Shown one piece after another: positions 53,775-64,000 of a stretch of 64,000 nucleotides of DNA (its first letter is position 1; every line of letters begins with the position of its first letter). The position numbers and the translations under genes were made by a program. Source of the stretch: Felis catus (taxonomy: Eukaryota); NCBI RefSeq assembly GCF_018350175.1, contig NC_058368.1, positions 126,854,001-126,918,000 of the forward strand. The letters are read 5' to 3'. The notes below the pieces were generated by a model that ran no database searches, was not told the DNA's origin, and was given only the letters and a program-made list of their open reading frames with translations.

Positions 53775-56700
53775 AGTATTAGCGCAAGGATATTTTTTAT
53801 TTTGGGTTACAATCCAATAATAGTTTATTTTCTTGATCAAATTGTTTCAGAATTTGGCAATCAGAAGCTCTTTTAGTTTGCTCTTGTCTCCCTCTGATAT
53901 GCTCCCATCAACGTGGGGTTTTGTTTGAGCACCTCCTTACTTTCTGGCATGACAACATGCTCCTGTCTCATTTCCTGCCCCAGTTCCAGAGTCAAATATT
54001 TTCCAAGGAGTCCTGGTTTGTTGGGAGAATGGACACCAAGATGAGGGTGCTGGGTGTGTTTGTTGCTACTGGGGTGCCATTTCTTTAGGCCTTCTCAGCT
54101 GACAGAGCAAGCAAGTATTTGTGTACATACCAGATGGTTAAGATGTTGAGAGGTGCAATGGGAAGCCATGTCCTTAACAGGATTTTCTTAACATTAAATA
54201 TTAATAAGAGATTCTGTGTCTCGGTTATTTTCAGTCTCATTCGCAGGATTAACAGGGAAGTACTCATATAGACTATTCTCTACTGTTTTATCTTTTTCCT
54301 AGAAATATTAACAGAAGTCCACACTTTATTCAGATTTCTAAAACCCAGGGAGTTTTAGATATTATGATAAAACTTTGTGTCAGTTTGAGGAGTTGTACTG
54401 TAAAATTACACAAAGAAAACAGAGTTAAACTACTTGAAAAGTCACTGAGAGAGAGAAGAGCCAATGAAACATTCCAACAGTATTCTTTGATTTACATCAA
54501 CATCATTAGGCCACTGTTGCCTTTTAAAAGCTCATGACAAGTATAGGTATCAAGACAGCAAATAAAAACCTTCTCTAGCCCTCACCTCACAAAATAAGAA
54601 AAGAAAGACACTATTAATTTCTGGATGGAAACGAAAGACTTAACACTATTGGGCATCTACAATGTTTCTGACTCCCTCTAGACAATTACTGTCTTTTAAT
54701 TCATGAAATCGTCATACCAACTATTTAACAGATGAGGAAACCAAAGCACAGAAGGTAAGCTGTCCAATTTGCACCTAGTAAAAGGCAGAGAGTGAATCCA
54801 GCTCAGGTAGTCTAGCTACAGAAGGGTGCTGCAAATCCACAGACCATTCTGCCTGAGGAATGAATGTCTAATGAAGGGGAGATTTGTGCTGATGAAGTTT
54901 GGCATTTTCTCCTTCAGTGGGGAGGTCCCGTTAATGGCAGAGAAGGCAAACCATGGGTTGTTTAAAACATATCTTTCTCACTAAAGATGACTCCTAAAAT
55001 TGTTCTTGTTGTTGCTTAGGATATCCAAAAGTATACTCATCTGTGAGTGGTAAGCAAAATGCTTTAAAGTGGTACATGGGTGAACATTTTCTCACTTTGT
55101 CACAAATTAATTTTAATGTGTGTTAAAAAGTGTATATTGGAAAAAATATAGCTGGGACACCAAACCCATGGTTTCATAAATATCCTTGATTAAGAATGAA
55201 GCACTCAGATGGGTATTTACATTTTAAAAATACTTCAAATAAAAACTTTCAACATATAGCGTATTTGATATACACAGAAACCACAAATTTTGAGCAACAC
55301 TAACTCAGACTTACGACAGAATAAAAAGGTCAGGTTTTTCTTGTAAGAAATATTATGTTGCTACATTGCAAAGAATATATTACACAGGGTTTTCTTTATC
55401 TCTCTTGTTTAGTATATGCTAGGCATAGAATAAATTACATGTAATTTGTTGAGCATGCAGTATGTGATATGCACCAAAGTGAGCTTTGCATACATTATAT
55501 CGAATGCTGTCAACAACCTTTCAATTTTATTTTCCCCTTTATTATCTCCCTGTATAATGAGGAAGTGGAGATTCAGGGAGTGACACCTGTTGCCCCAAAT
55601 ATTAGGTCGGAAGCAGCAGAGCTGAAATGTGAAACCAAGCTTGCCTAACGAAAAAAAAAATCTATATTCTTTCCACTCTATAAAGAATCACTGGTGTACA
55701 TTGGCGAGCAAGGGAGGAAGTATCACTCACATTCATCATATACAAAGTATGGCAAAACAATAACAAAAAGTCCAGAACACTAACCAATGATAACAATGAA
55801 AAATACTTCATTAAAAATAAAGCATTCTTTAAGTGTAAAGAATAATAAACCTGTTACTACTGCAGTTGGTAATCCAGTGTAACTAGTTTTCTAATAAATA
55901 TCACAGAAGTATTTGTTGTTTAAGAAAGAAATCCCGTCCCCCGTTCTCAGTTAGTGTAAATAAAATAACTTCTTAAAATGTCTCTTAAAACAACTGTGAA
56001 TATTAAAATAAAGGGTTGCCCATTCTCTATATTTCTGATAAACATCTGAGACTAATAGTGCCAACTGAATGATCACGATTAGCCAGGCACGGCCCTACTA
56101 TCTCAGCAAAGCTAGGCCATCACAAAATAAACTCTAGCTATTTCCAGTTTTAAAGGGTTGGCCTCTTTCTATAAAAGAGAAAATTAGATTCTACATACTT
56201 TCGGGATAATCTGAAAATCATTACATTATCAACATTTTGCATCTGCCATGTGTGTGTATCTTAAGTAATAGCTACAATCTGTGTGACTCTCAGAGGGATC
56301 TTCTTAAATTGAACAATAGCATTGTCTATCATCCTTATTACTTGGGAAAAGAGTTTGTTTAATCTGACCACAGCATTTGAAAAAGTAGTGTTTTATTCTT
56401 GCTTTGAAATTAAAAAAGAAAAAAAGGACATAGTTCATTATGCTCTCAGGCCAAAGTCACCACTATCCTATAATTAAATCAAAATGTAATAAATGAAAGT
56501 GATTTTTCTAGTAATGACTAATTTACTGAATCACAAAAATTGGAGGTTTTTGATAATTAAATGTTAGGTATATTGAAAAGCTTACTGACACTAAATACTG
56601 ACACAAAAATGGAGTTGATGACAATAGAGACAAATTAAGACTTGTTTTAATGTTTAGTGTTTTATTAAGTTAAACATTAAAATTAAGTAAGGGCTTTACT

Positions 56701-57870
56701 ATTCAATGAAAAATGAAAATTTCTGTTAAAAGTATTTCCTGCTTTCTATTGTTACTTTAAAAAAAAGCAAAAAAGTATTTTTTTTCCTAATGGTGACCAT
56801 AAAAACAAACATTCTCAATCTTCCATATTAACTTTAAGGCACTGCATATAAACTACCTAAATCTTTGCCACATCTACTTTTAATAAGTAGATGAAAAAGC
56901 AGACAGCAAACTCCAGACATTAGTAAAGTTGAATTTCTATAGTTATAGAAGATACTTTCTTTTAAAATGTAAGATTTTATGTTAGTCATCTTAACTCAAC
57001 AATCCTCTTATGACACTACCAATAAATTTTAATATTTTAATGCAGAAAATATGTGTTATTTGGTATTTGCTCTTCATAAAATTAAAATGCCTTTTCAGCT
57101 TCTTTCTTAGCAAAAGTTAAACATTTATTTCTGTTCTGAGAGTTATATCCATGTAATGCTGAAATATTTTAGGATTTAACCACTCCTATGAACATTCTGT
57201 ATTCATTCCAGCATCTCTCTTGCCCAGAAGAAAAAATATCAGCAGTCACAGAACGCTCTAGTATACTTTATGTATGCACTGACTATTCAAAAGCACCAGG
57301 GGGAGCAGACAGCAGAAGAACTAAGAACAAGCACCCCAGAAAAGCAATTAATTTATAGGCAACAGAAACATGATAGAGATGTTGGTTAAAAGTAAATAGA
57401 CAAAATAAATTCCGTAAAGAGGTCATGACCACATTTGCAAAGTTGGCTTATGCATATCTAGAATTAACTAAAGAAAAACCTGAAGTCTCTTGGAAGGATG
57501 CTTGAATGCTAACTTCATGAGACTCGCAGCTTGAAGCACGGCCGTTTCCAGCAATGCCAAGCCTCGAAACTGCCCCCAAATTAGAGAGGAGAAACAAAAT
57601 ATATTTTTATAGTGGTATATTTTAGGAGGAAATAAAAATGATTTTGTTTTCTCTTTTAAACATCACTGCACTCAGAGACACTGAAGGCCTTCTGAAATAT
57701 GTATTATTAGGTCACAGGAGGATGAAGTGACAGGGTTCCATAGCATGATCTTTGAAAGTCCTGAAGCTCAGACTCTTGGCCTGACCTCCTCACATCCTCA
57801 AGTTACTTTCCTTGAGGGAAAGGTAGCCAAAAACACTGTGAAACTATCCTGCCTTAAAAACAGTCTAATG

Positions 57871-57938
57871 AGGTATTTTAGCTTTACAAATTCTGTACAA
57901 AATAAGGTATTTTAGCTTTGCAAATTCTGTACAAAAGA
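57871..57938. repeat. 34-bp tandem duplication (2 copies)
   Basis: aggtattttagctttAcaaattctgtacaaaaTa / aggtattttagctttGcaaattctgtacaaaaGa. Confidence 0.93.
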
Positions 57939-58374
57939 ATGGAAATGTTTCCACCAAGTCCATTTATGTTTAACATGCTCCAAGAATTAGTAAGCGCTGT
58001 GTTTTTAGTTTTAGAGTAAAAGAGAAAAACTATTTAGCACTTCTGTCTGGATTCTGTAACTGGAACTTAAGAAGAGACTAGACTTCTAATTTGAAGTTCG
58101 AAATGTTTATATGAATACTATACCAAAAACTGTGTATTATCTACGCATTTTAAAATAACATAGACATGTGTACTAAAGACTGTTATCTAAGGACTGCATT
58201 ATAACAATCCATGAAACTTAAAATGTCAAGCAAAAATTACAACTGAATGGTAAAAAAAAAAACATATTTTGGCTAAGAAAACAATCAAGGAAGTTTTACC
58301 TAAATCTTAAATATTAATACCAGCAATAACAGGTATAGTGCCTACTATCACAAACTATTTATTAGCTAGGCTGT

Positions 58375-58426
58375 TATATATATACACACACACACATATA
58401 TATATACATATATATACATATACATA
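58375..58426. repeat. Compound (TA)/(CA) microsatellite
   Basis: tatatatatacacacacacacacatatatatatacata... Confidence 0.9.
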
Positions 58427-61400
58427 GTCAAACTCTTACATTAACCTTTCAAATGAATATTATTGTGCTGATCTTATACAAAGTAAACTGAAGCTAAAAA
58501 ATTGAAGTCATTTTTCTAACGTACGTCAGCTAGCAAGGAACAAAACCAAGATTTAACTTCCAGGTCTGTCTGGTTACAAAGCTTTGAGACCTTACCAAAA
58601 CCTCCCTCAACTGTAGCAATGAGGTTCCAAAGGAAATATGAACAAGTCTCAAGGAGATTAATGTGCTTATGAGGGTAAATGCTGTAGTTTTAATCACTCA
58701 AATTAAATGCCATCTGGAGTTTCTTACCCTACTTGGTACAAACATCCTACATGTATTACAGTCAACGTTGGCCTTGGCCAAGAGTTCAATAATCTTCCTG
58801 CCTCAGTAGCATCCGTAAGTATTATATGCACATTACAATAGCAATCAGAAAATACAGGTAGTTGCTTCTGAAGCACCATTTTAAAACTGCAAATAATTTG
58901 GATTTCTTTAATTAAGATTTTTAAAAACACAGAAATAATCTGTTAACCCAACTGGTTGAATGGGTTGGAGAAATCAATTTCCTTCTTCATAATACCCAAA
59001 TCTATCTCCACAATAAATATTCTCTTTCTATAATCACTTAAAATTCATGATCTTACTAGTATTTTTATTGTTATTTTATACTATTAAAATAAAAAAAAAT
59101 CCAAGTGAGAAGAAAACCTAAAAATGTCAGGATTTTTCAAAGGCAGAAAGACAATAACCAGAAAATACTGGCTGGTTCAAAGAAGTGCATGTTAAAATAA
59201 TGGATAGTAACACAACTGAAAGCCAGAAAGCAATGTTGCAGATGTATTCATTCATCCTCAAGAGATATGTGATGCAAGCTGTCACATCTCCAATTCAGAC
59301 TTAGGTTGGGCATCACGGGGACCTTAAGATCAGCTGCTCCCACTCAGTTTACAGCTCATGTGGATGGGACTTATTCCTGCCCTTGTTATCAAGCAGAAGG
59401 GTGACTATACAACAGGCACCAAGAGCTCTTTTTTCCTTCTATGTTAATCCTTTTTCACCCACAAAAAGTTTCACAAGTGTAGCATTCTTTTAAAAACGAA
59501 TGGGTTAAAGAAAGGAAATGGATAGCTAAGGAATTAAAAGGTTAACCAACAGCTTCAGCCAAGTTGAGTTTTTTTAATGTTAAAAATAAGTGTCCTGTCA
59601 ATAATCTTTCAACCACAAGACACAAACAGCTAGAATCACTACCTTTTTGAAACGTCTTTTCTCACTTAACCTGCATTTCACTTCAACCCAATAAACACAC
59701 CTTTTAAACTAAATCTATAAATTAACTCAAAGTTTAATTGGGTGCCTTCACAACGAAGATTAAAAAATATATATTCCTGTCTTATTTGGTGCCATAAAGA
59801 AAGAAATCATTTTGATCAATTACTATGACCTAGAGCTGTATTTTTTAAAATCTTGAAGTATAGATAAACTAGTTACTTGTCAGCTGCTGTCACTTAGAAC
59901 ACATTATTAGATTTCAAGTTAATTTTTAAATTCAAACACAGGTCTCATCATTAAGAGTATGGATTTCTGGGGAAAGTAATTATAGCTGCTCAGGATCATT
60001 TCTCTGAAAAAGTACTGTCAAATCATCTTGAAAACATAAGTAAATGTGTGCATATCCCTTGAGGTGCCTTCAGATTCTGTTCTTTTTTTTATGTACAATT
60101 AATCAGACAAGAGAATTAAGAACTCAACCCCACTGCAGAATGGTCCCATTCGGCACGTAGGACGCTGAAGATACTAGGCATAGTCTACTGCTATTATGAG
60201 TCAAATTATTAAAAAAAAAAAAAGATTCATACATCATAAAATTAATCAATAAACTAAGAATTTGTTAGCCAGCTGAGCACAATGGCACCTGATACCACAG
60301 CAGGGAGTAAGAGAGCAATGATGGGTTATTCTGATGAGAAGCCATACCAAATTTCCAACTGAGGCCCAAATAACAAAAACCAAAAACCCAAACAAGCATA
60401 AAACCCAGATTTGACCAACACTGTGCATGTGGGTTAGGTCAGTATGCTTATGGGTAGGTTAGTGCCTATAGACAGTGTGTGAGGAGTCTCTTTATTTTAT
60501 TTGAAGCTAACTTTTCACTGTGAAAACAGCGCTATCTATATAAACATTGTCAACAGAGAAGACAATCAAGGGGCTGATATGCTATGGTATTATAAAACAC
60601 TGATTGTGGAAGAAAACAGGTGGGATAAAAACTACGATAAGCTATGGAAAAGCATCACTCGTTTAAAGATACCTGCACAAAGATAAACCATAAAACGGTA
60701 TAACCTTCCTGACCTTGTAAATAGGTGGCCAAAGATGCTTAAATGTCTTTAAGGGACAACTGTTTCTAACTGCCACACAAAGTTACCAGTTTTCACTGGT
60801 TGACTCCCTCAGTCATCTGCACCCAACGTCAATGTGCCTCCTTTCCTATCCCCTGAGCCAAATAGTCATTAAACACATACAACATCCCAATTGTTTCCTT
60901 ACATAACTAAAGACAAAAATAAAAAACCACAGGAATTCCAAAAAATAGAGTAAAACTGATAACACTATACCTTGCTTTAAGGCTGTCTCAGGCTGAAGGT
61001 GACTTCTCAGTCCCCCAAACTCCATTGGCCATCAAGACCAGCACTTCGGCATATGACACAAACGACCCATTGAAACATCACTGTAACTATATGACCTCAG
61101 AAAACTGAGTGTCTGTCCAAGATTCATGAAAGCAAAGGTAATGATCCTAACGAACTTTCTAACTTTCCTGCCATTTCCTGTGGACACCTAAGGCTAAGTG
61201 AACACATAAAGGCTCAGTTCTCACAACGTACCCTGACATCTAGATAAAGGAGAGCTGAAGTTCTAAGTTCACGGAACTCGGAGTGTGAGTGCGGTAGGTA
61301 GTGACATCCTAGAGGTTTCACTGACCTCCAGCAACTCTATTTCCAACCGGGAATCCCAAGAATACCCTTAAGCATGCATTGCCAACGGACGCGCCTGGGT

Positions 61401-61685
61401 TTCTGCTGCAAGGGCAAAGTGTCACTTACAAGCCCACTGCCCTCCCATCCAAGAAAAACCCCCACTCACTGTGTCCTGGGAGTACTGCAGTCAAACTATG
61501 TCAAAGTTGCTTCTGCAAAATGTTTGCTTTGTGTGGAGTGAACGTAAGAGACAGGGAAGGCACAGAATCAGGAACCTCCCTTCAAGGGAGCAGAACAGCC
61601 ACCATGCAGCGTGACAAAATCCCTGCACGTCTTTCTCAGGACCACAGGGGCTGGCGAATTCACCGGCGTGGGAACCGCCAGTCTA

Positions 61686-62006
<321 letters not shown>

Positions 62007-64000
62007 CTAGCGGGGCGGCCGGCCTCGGGGAAGCACGGTTGCTCCAGCTCGGCGTCTCAGTCCAGCGTCCGGGCAGGGCGCACGAAGCGCGGCAGGCCAA
62101 CTTTTACTCGGAGGCACGGACAAAAACCTCACGGCGCGACTCTTCGACGGTGCGGCGGGCCCGAGTGCCGGCCCCGGGAGGCTGGCGAAGGGGGCGGCGC
62201 GCGCGCCTCTGGGCCAGCCCCGCGGCGGGAGCTCCCGGTCCACGGCCGGGTCTCGTCGCCGGCCGGCCCGAGCGGCGTCCCCGCTCCCGCTCCGCCCGCC
62301 GAGCCTTCTCACGACGAGAATGAATCAGCCGCGGCCGGGTGCGCGGCCACCACGTTTCCTGTTTTCTTTCTCAACTCCCCCGGCGCCCGGCGCAGCGCCG
62401 CTCCATCGCCGCGGCTTTCCGGGAACACTCCCCCTCACGCCCCTCGCGGTCCTCGCCGCCGCCGCCTGGCCCCTCCTCAGCTCCCTGACGAGGAGCCTGC
62501 CAACTGCCAAGGCCCGCCCGCGCCCCCCGCCGCCGCCTTCCCCGAAGCCCCAGTCCCGACAGCCCCGCCGCCTCGCCGGGGCATCACCCCGCGCAGCCCG
62601 GCGCCGCTCGCTTTGAAGCCGAGCCCGGGAGGCGCGGACGCGAGCGCGTGTGTCTGTGGGGCTGCTGTGGGGCTGCGCGAGGGGGAGCGGCCCAAAACCC
62701 GGCGTGGAGCGCCTGCCGCCCGGGGTCGCGCCCGCCGCGGGGCTCAGGCGGGACCTGGCGCGCACGCGCGCGCGCGCGGCCGCGCACCTGCCCCACGGGG
62801 ACCCCGCGCGCCCCTCCCGGTCGCCCCGACTGCCCCAGCCTCCACGTCTCCACCGTCGGCCGCCACCTGCGAGGTTTCGCGGGAGAGTCCGACGGGCGGC
62901 ACAAACAAGGTTATTTAGGACCCGCGCGATCGTTTTTTGTGGGTTTGGGTTTTAGGATTCTTGAAGCTTCGTTTCTGAAGACTTAGGATTTACCTGCTTC
63001 AAGGGGACAGGGTAGTTATGGGAATAAAATTCTTTCTGTTGAAACCAGACTCTTTCAGTACGCAGCCCGGCCCCTGCTAAGTACCAGGCCTCTACATTTT
63101 GGCGTGGACATAAAGAAGCAAACAAAAACAATGTTGGAGGCTTTAGAATTTACAGATTTGACAATATGCTGTATTTTCACGCTCAGAACTAAGAGTTCTC
63201 TTAAAGGAACAGCAATGTGAATGCCCATATAATATGGGCAGGTGACACATGTCCTGCATACATGCTTCCTCCGTGCTTGGGGCTGCAAATCAGAGACCAG
63301 GATGATCTTGTAATGCCAAAGGAAGAAGCCTGGAAGGGTGTTTCTGCCCACCGTGCTCACAAAAAACTACAAAGGTGAGAAAATGAAAAGACCATATCCA
63401 AAGGTATCATATGGAAGCTGGTTCCATTTACAAAAGCTGACCCTAGGGACCACAGGCAGACTACGTAAAAGGATCAATTGCAGACAACTTTACTGCATTA
63501 GCAAGCAGATAAACAAAACTTTCAGGGGGGAAAATAATCCAAACTCCAGAGTCGCATCTTAAAACACTTGGTCCTTGTCAATTACAAAGACTACACTGAA
63601 AAGCTTAAGTGAAGTCGGTGAGATCCCTTTTCTTTGTCTTCAAATCTACAGGAATTGAAGGAGAAGAAATTCTGCCCTTGAAATTTAGACTCCATAAAAG
63701 ATCAGTGGGACAACAAAGAACTTCGCACACTGAATCTTGGCTCCTGGGATTTACCAGATAGGTTTTAATACAGCGTTTGCAAAAGTTAGAATAACTTTCA
63801 AAGTATTTGCTACATCTGCTACATGGCTCATTGTTATCAAGGATTCTTGGACTGTTTGGTATTCACTTTAGGGACTTAGGTTAAAATTTGTCTTTTTTAT
63901 TCCTTTTCCTTTTAAGCGCCAATCTCTGTAAATATATACTTTAGGTGCACCAACAGCTGCCTAAATCTTGCAAGGTAAATTTATGGACCTTTATTTCCCC

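Larger units (their letters stand above)
52770..54130 (-). mobile_element. L1M 3' UTR fragment containing a nested SINE and microsatellites
   Basis: 'ttttagatttatagaaaa...tacagagagttcccatat...ctaggatcctatccaagatc...ccaaggagtcctggtt...ttgctactggggtg'. Confidence 0.8.

Noticed and set aside
62007..62986. Many overlapping 70-146 aa ORFs
   Set aside because: Arg/Pro/Gly/Ala-rich frames expected from stop-codon depletion in a CpG island.

Overview
Mammalian genomic DNA from a felid, judged by the Felidae-type CAN-SINEs, an L1 3' tail of felid type, and the non-primate Tyr in PDE4D UCR2. The window holds the 3' ~55 kb of the cAMP phosphodiesterase gene PDE4D on the minus strand. Ten shared coding exons, from UCR2 through the catalytic domain to the stop codon, were mapped by hand; all have GT-AG boundaries and consistent phases. 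Two internal start regions are present. One is the CpG-island promoter of the short isoforms PDE4D1/PDE4D2, with an 86-nt retained-or-spliced intron. The other is the 48-nt coding first exon of supershort PDE4D6 (MPEANYLLSVSWGYIK), which the ORF track misses. Predicted products are 585, 507 and 518 aa. A long 3' UTR carries miRNA seed sites and Pumilio elements. The rest is ordinary intronic or intergenic DNA with about 12 CAN-SINEs, L1/L2/MIR, MaLR LTRs, hAT MITEs and microsatellites. I found no novel biological system. The best leads are a uORF that stops 1 nt before the PDE4D2 ATG, inverted young SINEs flanking three catalytic exons (circRNA/editing candidate), a 35-bp L1 tail insertion with a sense AATAAA, and a possible unannotated first exon downstream of the gene.
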